NCBI GenBank assembly: GCA_963727455.1
Contig: CAVSGG010000012.1
Location: forward strand, 88,609 to 152,608
Origin: Candidatus Krumholzibacteriota bacterium
GTDB lineage: Bacteria; Krumholzibacteriota; Krumholzibacteriia; JAJRXK01
Direction: 5' to 3'
DNA: 64,000 nt
Below, piece by piece: positions 1 to 9,317 of this stretch (position 1 is its first letter; every line of letters starts with the position of its first letter). The translations under genes were made by a program, and so were the position numbers. The notes below the pieces were generated by a model. The model ran no database searches, had not been told where the DNA came from, and saw nothing but the letters and a program-made list of their open reading frames with translations.

Positions 1-643
1 CCCCAGGCAGGTTGACGTTCGAGACGCCGACTGTCTGCGCGACTCGGCTCAGCGGAATGCCCAGCGCGGCGAGCCGCTCCTGGTCCACGTTGATCTGGAT
101 CTCGTCCTCGAGACCGCCCTTGACCGCCGCCGAGGCGACGCCAGGGATGGACTCCAGGTCCTGCTTGAGCTGCTTGTCGGCGAGCCGCCTCAGAGCGGCC
201 AGATCATCGCTGCCGGAGAGGGCCAGGCGCACGATCGGATCGAGCGAGGGATCGTAGCGGAGCACGATGGGGTCCTCGGCTTCCTCCGGGAGCACGATGC
301 GATCCAGTTTCTCGCGCACGTCCATGGACAGCATGTCCATATCCGTGTTCCAGTCGAAGTTCAGGGTGACTTCGCTCACCCCCGAGCGGCTGACGGAGTG
401 AATTTCGCGCAGACCGCGCAGGACCCCAACCGCCTCCTCCACGGGACGGGTCACCAGGGTCTCGACCTCTTCGGGAGCGGTATCGGGGAACTCCGTCTGC
501 ACGGTGAGGCTGGGATAGGAAATGTTGGGAAAGAGCTCCAATGCGAGCCGTTGGTAGCCGACGAGGCCGAAGGCGGTGATGGCCAAGGCCACCATCACCA
601 CGGTGACCCGCCGACGCACAGCCGTGGCGACGAGGGCGCGCAT
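1..643 (-). CDS. RND efflux permease, AcrB/AcrD/AcrF family (N-terminal part; runs off window)
   Basis: Manual translation from ATG 643: MRALVATAVRRRVTVVMVALAITAFGLVGYQRLALELFPNISYPSLTVQTEFPDTAPEEVETLVTRPVEEAV...NVNLPG. This is a typical AcrB-family N-terminus. The start overlaps the stop of the upstream adaptor gene (ATGA). Confidence 0.92.
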   Translation of the reverse strand, partial: MRALVATAVRRRVTVVMVALAITAFGLVGYQRLALELFPNISYPSLTVQTEFPDTAPEEVETLVTRPVEEAVGVLRGLREIHSVSRSGVSEVTLNFDWNTDMDMLSMDVREKLDRIVLPEEAEDPIVLRYDPSLDPIVRLALSGSDDLAALRRLADKQLKQDLESIPGVASAAVKGGLEDEIQINVDQERLAALGIPLSRVAQTVGVSNVNLPG

Positions 644-1818
644 CAGGAGGAGGACCGCTTCTGAGACCGGCCGCTCTCGTTTTGCGGCACAAGCGTGACC
701 CCGTCGTCCTCGATGATGTGCAGGGGCTGCGCCGGTTTCAGATTGCCCTGCCCCTTCACCACGACTTTCTCACCGTCCTGAACACCGCTGAGGATCTCGG
801 CCGAATCGTCGTCCTCGAACCCGACTTCTACCACTCGCCTCTCGGCCAAGGAATCCACCGCGACGTAGACCACGTCTTCGCCCTTCTCGTTCACTACTGC
901 GGCCCGCGCTACCAGCACGTTTCCCTCGCGCCGTTGCGTCTGGACTCTCACCTGGGCGAAATCACCGGGCCGCACCTGGCGGGGGAACTTGTCGATCTCG
1001 ATCGTCACTTTGATGGTACCGGTTGTGGCGTCGATGACCGGACTGATCAGGGTGATGTGCCCCTGTAGCTTCAGACCATCGCTGTCGAGGGTGAGTTCCA
1101 CCGGTTGCTGGACACTCAGGTTCCGAAACTCCCGCGCGGGCACGTGCAATTTGGCCAGCATGGGATGGAAGTCGGCGATGGTGAAGAGCGGGGTCCCCAC
1201 GTTCACCGTCTGTCCCAACTCGATGGAGCGCTGGATCACGTCGCCCGCGAAGGGTGCCCGGACCTTGGTGTAGGACAGATTCAGACGCGCGAGATCCTCC
1301 TGGGCCTTCGCGCTGGCGAGATCGCTCTTCGCCGTCTCGAATTCTTCGACCGAAACCAGATGCTGGTCGACCATATTCTTCAAACGGTCGAAGTTCGATT
1401 CCAGTTTAGCTCGATTCGCTTCCGCTTCGCGCAAGCGATACAGGTACTCGTTGTTGTCGATCTCCATCAACACCTGGTCGGCCTTTACCCTGTCGCCCTC
1501 CTCGCACTTCAGGGACTCCACCACGCCCTGCACCCTCGCGAGGATCTGAGCCTGTTTTTGCGCCTCGAGAGTGGCGGTGGCGGAATAGTAGCTGGCGATC
1601 GATCCGCGGTGGGCCGACTCGACCGCGACGTTCGCGGCCGGTAGGGTTGGAGCGCCGGCTCCCTTGGACTGGGGCGGAGTTTTTCCCTGCGGTGGTCCCT
1701 CAGAGTTCTTGGCACCCTGGCACGACAGGAGCACCGTCGCGGCGAGAGTGACGAGTCCGAGCATGAGCGTCCGTCGAGTCCGAAGAGACGCCGTAGAATG
1801 GTGCGAACGGGAAGGCAT
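643..1818 (-). CDS. RND efflux periplasmic adaptor (membrane fusion protein), lipoprotein
   Basis: Lipobox LLSC, biotinyl-like GVVESL..EEGDRVKADQ, coiled hairpin, VRAPFAG and ISPVIDATTGT; directly upstream of the RND permease. Confidence 0.92.
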   Translation of the reverse strand: MPSRSHHSTASLRTRRTLMLGLVTLAATVLLSCQGAKNSEGPPQGKTPPQSKGAGAPTLPAANVAVESAHRGSIASYYSATATLEAQKQAQILARVQGVVESLKCEEGDRVKADQVLMEIDNNEYLYRLREAEANRAKLESNFDRLKNMVDQHLVSVEEFETAKSDLASAKAQEDLARLNLSYTKVRAPFAGDVIQRSIELGQTVNVGTPLFTIADFHPMLAKLHVPAREFRNLSVQQPVELTLDSDGLKLQGHITLISPVIDATTGTIKVTIEIDKFPRQVRPGDFAQVRVQTQRREGNVLVARAAVVNEKGEDVVYVAVDSLAERRVVEVGFEDDDSAEILSGVQDGEKVVVKGQGNLKPAQPLHIIEDDGVTLVPQNESGRSQKRSSS

Positions 1819-2069
1819 TGAGTGTCCTCTTGAGGGGGGTCTGAGGGGTGGTAACTCGCCGAAGCATCGCTATCTCACCAGATTGTAGCCAAAACTAAGC
1901 ACGGCGGAGCAGCCTGCCACTCTACGTCGGTCCTTGGCGGAAGGTTGCTCCCCAATCCGGATCGGGACAGGTATAGTACGCTCATTGTCGCCAAGATGCG
2001 ATAGGGAGAAGGCCCACGGTCGTCTCGCGGCCGGGGACGGGGTCCCATCCACCCCAAGCGAGCGTGGCC

Positions 2070-3317
2070 ATGTTCGTCAAATTCTGCCTCTATTCGGTAT
2101 TCAAGAACCTGCGCTTCTTCGAGCCCTTCTTCGTGCTGTATCTTCTCGCTCCCATGGACCGGGGCGGGGCTCAGCTCAGCTACCTGGCGATCGGCACCCT
2201 GGTCGGCTACCAGAAGCTGCTCACGGGAATTCTCGAGATCCCCCTCGGCGTGGCCACCGATCGTTTCGGGCGGCGCAGCGCCCTGATTTTATGCTTCAGC
2301 CTCTACACTCTGGCCTTCCCCTGCTTCGCATTCGCGAGCCAGCTGCACGGCGGCGCCCTGCACGGCATGCTCTATCTTGCGCAGACTCTCTTCGGCATCG
2401 GTGAAGCCGTGCGCACCGGCAGTCACAAGGCCATCATGCTCGATTGGGTGACCCGCGAGGGAGAGATGAGCGAGGTCACGAGACTCATCGCTCGCACGCG
2501 ATTTTTCTCCAAGCTCTCCTCGGGTCTGGCAGCGCTCGTGGGTGGCTTGGTGGTCTGGCGCATGGCGTCCTTCACCCCCCTCTTTCTCGCGACCACCGTT
2601 CCCGCCTTTTGCGGGATTCTCCTCATGTTGAGTTATCCGAGCTGGCTCGAGGGAGAGCAGCGGCGAGACGGACAGCGCCGCGTTTCTCTGCGGCAGGGGC
2701 TGAGCCGTCTCTTGGCCCGCAAGGGCCTCTGGCCCGTCTTCGTCGCCTCCCTCCTCTTCGAGAGCCAAGTGAAGCTGGCGCAACATTATCTGCAGCCTTT
2801 CCTCGCGGCAGATCTGAAGGCGCGCGAACTCGCTCTGGTGGGAGGAATCGGAGCCGTGCTCGTGGGTGCCTTCTACCTGGTGCAAGGAGCGGTGGGAGCC
2901 GTCGCCGCGCGCCTCTCTGCCCACGCGGAGGAGACGCTTGGAGGAGTAACGAGCGGTCTGTCCGGCATCTACTTCAGCTTGCTTCTGGCCAGCGGATTCA
3001 TGGCGCTGTGCTTCAGCCTGGGCTGGCTCTCCTTGGGCTTGCTCGGCTTCTTCGTGGTGGCAGCTCTGCAGAATTTGCGTCGCCCCATTTTCGTCTCGGG
3101 ACTGAACCAGGTCATGGACCCCGCGCAACGAGCGACCACCCTTTCTCTGGAAAGCCAGGCGCGCTCGTGGTCCGTCGCCCTGCTCTCACCTCCGGTGGGC
3201 TATCTGGCCGACCGCATGGGGATCGCGGCCGCGTTCGCCGCCATCACCCTTCTTCTGGCCGTGGGCTTGCCGCTGCACTTGCGGCGCTTCAACCCGAAGC
3301 TGGACGCCACGAGTTGA
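2070..3317 (+). CDS. MFS transporter
   Basis: About 12 hydrophobic segments; MFS motif A LEIPLGVATDRFGRR and second-half GYLADRMG. Confidence 0.88.
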   Translation: MFVKFCLYSVFKNLRFFEPFFVLYLLAPMDRGGAQLSYLAIGTLVGYQKLLTGILEIPLGVATDRFGRRSALILCFSLYTLAFPCFAFASQLHGGALHGMLYLAQTLFGIGEAVRTGSHKAIMLDWVTREGEMSEVTRLIARTRFFSKLSSGLAALVGGLVVWRMASFTPLFLATTVPAFCGILLMLSYPSWLEGEQRRDGQRRVSLRQGLSRLLARKGLWPVFVASLLFESQVKLAQHYLQPFLAADLKARELALVGGIGAVLVGAFYLVQGAVGAVAARLSAHAEETLGGVTSGLSGIYFSLLLASGFMALCFSLGWLSLGLLGFFVVAALQNLRRPIFVSGLNQVMDPAQRATTLSLESQARSWSVALLSPPVGYLADRMGIAAAFAAITLLLAVGLPLHLRRFNPKLDATS

Positions 3318-3326
3318 GCTCTCCCT

Positions 3327-4205
3327 TTACTGAGACGCCGGGAGCTTGGGCAGGATGACTCCGTCACCACCATAGACGGCTTCGTCCTTGTCGCTGTAGG
3401 CCGATTCGATCCAGCTCGATCGTTTGGCGACCTCCTCCAGAATCGCCTTCACTTGCGTGGCCGCGAAAGCCGCCACCAACTCGTCGGGGATCCATCCTCC
3501 CACCGAGGTCGCGACGGTCCAGGCCAAAAGCGTTCGCTTGTCGTCGAGTTTGCAACAAACATAGGCCCCGTAGTTGGTCGGAACCCAGACTGCCTCCTGC
3601 ATCATCTTTTTCGTCACCTCGGGATGCTTGCCGGAGTCCACGAGTTCGGCCGCGATGCGTTTCTCGTTCGGCGCGATGTCCCAGGTCTGGGTCCAGATGT
3701 ATCCCTCCGAGGCCTTGGCCAACGCCAGCTCGTTGCGAGCCGTCACTACGGTCTGCCGATCCTTTACTGGCCAGGGGGCATGGATGTACACGTAGTCGGT
3801 GCTGCCCCCCTTCCCATCCTCCGCGTAACGCTGCAGGGTGTAGGTGTCGTTGTGCGCATAGTCCGGATCGATCCCCGCGAGCCACACCGAACGCATCGGC
3901 ATCGCCACGATCTTGTAACCGAACACCCGGTGGTTCACCTGGTCCCTGTCGCCCTGTCTCCCCTCCTTGCGCCGGATCACCACCACCTCCCCTGCCAGCA
4001 GCTGCTGCATCTGATCAGGACTCAAGCCCACCAGCGAGTCCTTGGCGTGCGAGCTGTAGAATTCGATGGCACCCGCCACGGTGCGCGCCAGCAGGGAATC
4101 CGCGCTGGCCGAGGTCTCGGCCGAAGAGGCCTCTGCCTTCGCGCGGGCACCAGGCAGCGCGGCGAGCGCGAGCAGGAGGATCGCAAACGGGCGAGAGAGG
4201 CGCAT
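3327..4205 (-). CDS. Secreted START/SRPBCC-like lipid-binding protein
   Basis: Signal peptide MRLSRPFAILLLALAALPGARA from ATG 4205; START-like motifs YIHAPWPVKDR and GGWIP. The ORF extension to 4685 is probably non-coding overlap. Confidence 0.55.
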   Translation of the reverse strand: MRLSRPFAILLLALAALPGARAKAEASSAETSASADSLLARTVAGAIEFYSSHAKDSLVGLSPDQMQQLLAGEVVVIRRKEGRQGDRDQVNHRVFGYKIVAMPMRSVWLAGIDPDYAHNDTYTLQRYAEDGKGGSTDYVYIHAPWPVKDRQTVVTARNELALAKASEGYIWTQTWDIAPNEKRIAAELVDSGKHPEVTKKMMQEAVWVPTNYGAYVCCKLDDKRTLLAWTVATSVGGWIPDELVAAFAATQVKAILEEVAKRSSWIESAYSDKDEAVYGGDGVILPKLPASQ

Positions 4206-4396
4206 GGTGCTCACTTGATCGGGTGCTCTTGGAAACGATACCCAGGCAGTGGGAAAAGAGTAGCCAGAAGGCACCAGGGCCGAAAGGGCGCCGCCTGCTC
4301 TTGATCCAAGCTGGCGCGAGGATCTAGCTTGGCGGCGTTCCTGTAGCGATCGCGACGCGATCTTTTGCCCGCCCTTCTTGGAAAGGACCTGCCGGC

Positions 4397-5599
4397 ATGA
4401 AGCTGGTCGAACACCTCGGCAAGCGCCTCCTTGCCCGATCTGGAATTTCGACGCCGAAGAGTGAGCTCGCGAGCTCTTCCGCCGACGCGCTGCGCGCTGC
4501 GGAGAAAGCTCGAGGGGCCCGTGGTCGTCAAGGCTCAGATCTTGGCTCCCGGCCGTGGGAAGCACGGCGGAATTCTCTTCGCTGAAAACGCCAAGGAGGC
4601 GGCCGAAGCGGCCGAGCTCCCTACTGAACAAGAACTTCGGTCCGGAGTTGTGCAGTAGCGTCCTGATCGAGGAACGCTTGAACATCGCCGAGGAACTCTA
4701 CCTGGCGTTCACGGTGGACGCTCCGAGTCGCCGACTGAATCTGATCCTCACCCGACACGGCGGCGGAGATGTCGAGAAGATCTTCCGCGAGCAACCGCAA
4801 GATGTGATCGTGGAGCCCATCGGCGCTTTCGAAACCTTCCATCCCTTCAAGGGAAGAGAGCTCGCGCTGAGAATGGGGCTGCGCGGCAAGGCGGTGTTGA
4901 AAGTCGGCGATGCCATCACCAAACTCGTCGCCTGCGGACGCGCGAACGATTGTCGTCTCGCCGAAATCAACCCGCTGGTTCTCACCGAGGACGGGCAGGT
5001 CGTCGCGGCCGACGCAGTGATGAACGTGGACGAGGACGCCCACTTTCGTCTGCGCTGGATGAACGAGTTCGGATTGTCCATGGAGGAGGAACGCCCCCGG
5101 CAAGCCACACCGCGCGAGCTCTTGGCGGCGGAGATCGACCGGGTGGATTACCGCGGTTCGGTCCATTATCAGGACATCAACGAGAACGGCGACGTGGGAA
5201 CGGTAACGGTGGGAAGCGGATTCTCCATCACCATGCTCGACGTCCTGGGCAATTACGGACTGAAGCCGGCCAACTTCTGCGACTGCTCGGGAAGCCCGCC
5301 CGCCGAAAAGGTCCGCAAGAGTTGCGAGATCGTTCTGAGCATCCCCAAGATCAAGGCCTTCCTGTTTCTGAGCGGGATCATGACCCAGGACCTCACCGTC
5401 ACCGCCCAGGGGATCATCGAAGCCTACCGGGAACTGTCGCCCACCATTCCCTTCATGGTGAAGTTGGCGGGCAATCGCGATCGCGAGGCCTACCAGATGA
5501 TGGTCGATGCCGGTCTGCCCCACGTGTACCAGACGGGAGGATCCGGTGGAGTCGATCGTCGAAGACTGCGTCCGTCTTCTGGAAGAGGGGAAGAGCTGA
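4397..5599 (+). CDS. Succinyl-CoA synthetase beta-like / citryl-CoA synthetase large subunit (frameshifted as assembled)
   Basis: MKLVEHLGKRLL, VVVKAQILAPGRGKHGGI (adjacent frame), EELYLAF, AEINPL and PANFCD. Frame changes near 4505, 4620 and 5535; likely true stop TGA at 5597-5599. Confidence 0.8.
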
Positions 5600-6513
5600 T
5601 GGCCATCCTCGTGAATCAAGACACGCGCTGCGTCATCCAGGGAGCCACCGGTCAGGGCGGCAAGCGCTTCATCCAACGCATGATCGACTTCGGCTCGCCA
5701 CCGGTGGCGGGCGTCACCCCGGGCAAGGGCGGGGAAGAAGTGGCGGGGGTGCCCGTCTTCGACACCGTCAAGGAAGCGGTGGCCGCAACTAGCTGTGACT
5801 TTTCCTCCATCAACGTGCCTCCCGCGCTGGTGAAGGACGCTGCCTTCGAGGCCTTCGACGCCGGCATCCGCAAGATCTTCATGTACGCCGAGCGAGTTCC
5901 CTTGCACGACGCGATGCAGATCATGGCCTACGGCGACGAAGTCGGCGCCACCATGGTCGGCCCCAACAGCCCCGGCATCGTCAGCCCGGGCAAGTACCGC
6001 CTGGGAGGACTCGGCGGTGACAGAGAGTACGTGGCCGAGATCTTCAAGAAAGGTGAAGTGGGGCTGTGCAGCCGCAGCGGAGGCATGACCTCGACTTTGG
6101 GCTACACCATCAGTCAGGGCGGCCTGGGCCTCACTACCGCGGTGGGCTTGGGCGGGGACGCGATCATCGGCTCGCCCTTCACCAAAGTGCTGCCGCTCTT
6201 CGAAGCCGATCCCGAGACCAAGGCCATCTGCATGTTCTGCGAGATTGGCGGTAGCATGGAAGAGGAAGCGGCCGAGCTCATCAGGAGCGGAGCCATCAAG
6301 AAGCCGATCGTCGCCTTCATCGCCGGCCGCGAGGCGCGCGCCGGCTTCCGTTTCGGACACGCCGGCGCGCTGGTGGAGCGTGGTCGCGGTACCTACGAGA
6401 GCAAGGTCGAAGCTCTGTCTTCGGCAAAGGTGGCCATCGCCAAGAATCTCAGAGACATTCCGGTTCTCTTGCGCGAAGCCCTGGGCATGCCCTCGGGCAA
6501 GGAGCAGTCATGA
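5599..6513 (+). CDS. Succinyl-CoA synthetase alpha-like / citryl-CoA synthetase small subunit
   Basis: MAILVNQDTRCVIQGATG, GVTPGKGG, GPNSPG, SRSGG and phospho-His motif FGHAGA; TGATG coupling to the beta gene. Confidence 0.88.
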   Translation: MAILVNQDTRCVIQGATGQGGKRFIQRMIDFGSPPVAGVTPGKGGEEVAGVPVFDTVKEAVAATSCDFSSINVPPALVKDAAFEAFDAGIRKIFMYAERVPLHDAMQIMAYGDEVGATMVGPNSPGIVSPGKYRLGGLGGDREYVAEIFKKGEVGLCSRSGGMTSTLGYTISQGGLGLTTAVGLGGDAIIGSPFTKVLPLFEADPETKAICMFCEIGGSMEEEAAELIRSGAIKKPIVAFIAGREARAGFRFGHAGALVERGRGTYESKVEALSSAKVAIAKNLRDIPVLLREALGMPSGKEQS

Positions 6514-7292
6514 CCGACTACAGCTGGAAGACGAGTCTGAGCAAAGTCCTGCCCAACCTCATCCGAGTGCGGGGTTACGACATCAACGAGCTCATGGAGA
6601 AGCTGAGCTTTCCCGGCGCGCTCTACCTCTTGTGGACGGGCAAGGTGCCGGAGAAACCAACCGAGAAACTCATCTCTGCCATCATGGTCTCGAGCATGGA
6701 TCACGGGGCTTCTCCCCCTTCGGTGAACGCGGCGCGAATCGTGGCCTCCACCGGAGGAACCCACAACGCGGCCATCGCGGCCGGCGTGCTGGCTCTGAAC
6801 AGGTACCACGGCGCCGCGGTCGAAGACTGTATGCAGATGCTCGTGGACTTTTGCCAAGAGAAAGAGGAGAACGGCCAGGAAAACGCGCAAGTCGCCCATG
6901 CCATCCTCGCCCGCCTGAAGGAACGTGGCGAACGCGCCTGGGGCATCGGGCACCGCCTGCACACCGCGGACCCACGGCGCGAGACTCTCTTTCGCCTGTG
7001 CCGCAAATGCGGAGTAGACGGCAAGTACATCGAGGCGGTCGAGGCCATCGCCGCCGCGGTGACCGAGAAGGCCGGCCGGCCCATGCCGGTGAACATCGAC
7101 GGCTGCGTCGCGGCCTGCCTGTGCGAGATCGGATTTCCCAAGACCATGGCAAATGCGCTGTTCATTCTCTCGCGTTCGGCCGGGATCGCGATTCAAGCGC
7201 GCGAAGAGATGGACACCCAAAAACCCATGCGCAAGATTCACCCTGCGGGTTTCATTTACGATGGACCGGAAGACCGCAAGCTCGAGCTGTAG
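6510..7292 (+). CDS. Citryl-CoA lyase (citrate-synthase-like)
   Basis: 260 aa; IRVRGY, DHG, HGAA, GIGHRLHT.DPR and PVNIDG motifs. Size and motifs fit stand-alone citryl-CoA lyases. Confidence 0.82.
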   Translation: MTDYSWKTSLSKVLPNLIRVRGYDINELMEKLSFPGALYLLWTGKVPEKPTEKLISAIMVSSMDHGASPPSVNAARIVASTGGTHNAAIAAGVLALNRYHGAAVEDCMQMLVDFCQEKEENGQENAQVAHAILARLKERGERAWGIGHRLHTADPRRETLFRLCRKCGVDGKYIEAVEAIAAAVTEKAGRPMPVNIDGCVAACLCEIGFPKTMANALFILSRSAGIAIQAREEMDTQKPMRKIHPAGFIYDGPEDRKLEL

Positions 7293-7341
7293 TAGACTGG
7301 GGCGGAGGTTTCCAGCTCCCCGAACCCCTTGGGTGAATCCG

Positions 7342-9199
7342 ATGCACATGCTCCAATCTGCCGGCCAATCGCCCAAGCGGCGCGCCGCCTTTTTTGTGCT
7401 CTTGCTCCTGCCCCTGCTCGCTCTTTGGCCCTGCTTCGCTCGCGCGAGTTCACAGCTGAAACAGATCCTGCCTCCGGCCCTCCCCTGGCACGGCAAGAGC
7501 GAGGAGCTCATCGCGTCCGAAGGACGACCCCTGGATCACCCCGGCCGAGGAAATGCACCTGCGCGACAGCCCCGACTACGATCTGACTCACGACTGGCTC
7601 ATGCAGCTGGTGGATGCGGCGCCGCAGCTGAAACTCGTCTCTCTAGGGAAGAGCTACGAGCAACGCGACATCTGGATGGTCATCGCGAGCAAGGAGGGTG
7701 TGTGCACGCCCGAAGCCCTCGAGGCCAACGGGCGCCCCACGCTCTTGGCGCAGGCCGGGATCCACAGCGGGGAGATCGATGGCAAGGATGCCGGGCTCAT
7801 GCTCTTGCGCGACATGACGGTGGATGCGCGCTGCCCCGAACTGCTCGATGGCGCCAACTTTCTCTTCATTCCCATCCTGAGCGTGGATGCCCACGAACGT
7901 CGTTCCACGACAAACCGCATCAACCAACGCGGACCGCGCACCCAGGGTTGGCGCAGCAATGCGCGCAACCTGAACCTCAATCGCGATTACACCAAGCTGG
8001 ATACCCCCGAGATCCGGGCGGTGGTGAAGGCTCTCAACCGTTGGCCGGTTGATCTCTACCTGGATATCCACGTCACCGACGGTGCCGACTACCAGTACGA
8101 CATCACCTACGGCTTCAACGGGAGTTTCGCCTGGTCTCCCTCCATCGGGGGCTGGCTCGAAAGTACCTTCCGCCCCGCTCTGGATCACGAGCTGAAAGCA
8201 ATGGGACACGTTCCCGGCGATTTGATCTTCGCGGCAAACGGCAAGGACATGCGTGGCGGGGTCTACTCCTTCACCGCGGGGCCACGCTTTTCCACCGGTT
8301 ACGGGGACGCACGCCACTTGCCGACGGTGCTGGTGGAAAACCACTCTCTGAAGGACTACCGCCGGCGCGTCTTGGGAACGCGGGTATTTCTGGAGGGGAC
8401 CCTGCGGCTTTTGGCCAAGGAAGGCGAGAGCCTGCGCGATTCGACGGCGCGCGATCGCATCCGTCGCCGCAAGGAGATCCCCAGCGAGTTCGAGGTGCCC
8501 GAGACGAAGCCCGAGCTCGTCGACTTTCTGGGGGTGAAGTCGCGCCGCGTGTTCTCAGAGATCTCGGGCGACAGCGTGGTGCAGTGGCTCGGCGAGCCCG
8601 AGACGATTCGCATCCCGCGCATCGTGGCCAACCAGCCCGCCGGTATGCTCACCCGTCCCAAGGCCTACTGGATCCCCGCCGCCTGGCCTGAGGTGATCGA
8701 ACGCCTGAAGCTGCACGGCATCAAAGTGGAAAAAGTCGGGGAGCCCGAGGGACAGTCGGCGCAACTCGAATTCTACCGGCTGCAGGATCCGAAGCTGGCC
8801 AAGGAGCCCTACGAGGGTCACGCGCGCGTCAGCGCCGAAATCGAACCCGTGCAGAGGAGCGTCAACTTCGCGATGGGCTCCGCCAGGGTTCCCACCGACC
8901 AGCCGCTGGGCGATCTGGCCATGCTGCTCTTGGAACCACAGAGCCCGGACTCCTTCTTCCAATGGGGCTTCTTTCTCTCGAGCCTGCAGCGCACCGAGTA
9001 TTTCGAGAGTTACGTGATGGAACCCATGGCGCGCGCAATGCTTGCAGAGAATGACAGTTTACGCGTTCAGTTCGAGCAAAAGTTGAAGAATGACGAGGAC
9101 TTCGCGAAGGACCCGAACGCGCGGCTGGAGTGGTTCTACGAGAAGACGCCCTACTTCGACAAGCGCTACCGCATCTATCCGGTGGGCATCGAGCGCTGA
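7342..9199 (+). CDS. M14 family zinc carboxypeptidase, secreted (one frameshift near 7520)
   Basis: GIHSGEIDGKD, NLNRD and LDIHVTDG motifs. The signal peptide and LPPALPW lie in the preceding frame. Confidence 0.85.
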
Positions 9200-9317
9200 C
9201 TGGCGCTCGATGCCTTCGTTCTGCTAGGATCGCCGAGGCCCTTCCCCATCGGCCGTGCCTTCCCCCCATGCCGCATCGTCGACCTGCCTGCCTCTCGCGT
9301 CCACTCGGAGGCTGCCC

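Noticed and set aside
4555-6513. 652-aa ORF that looks like a beta-alpha fusion, similar to ATP-citrate lyase
   Set aside because: The junction is better explained by a frameshift near 5535. A TGATG overlap and purine-rich RBS at 5581-5601 indicate two separate genes.
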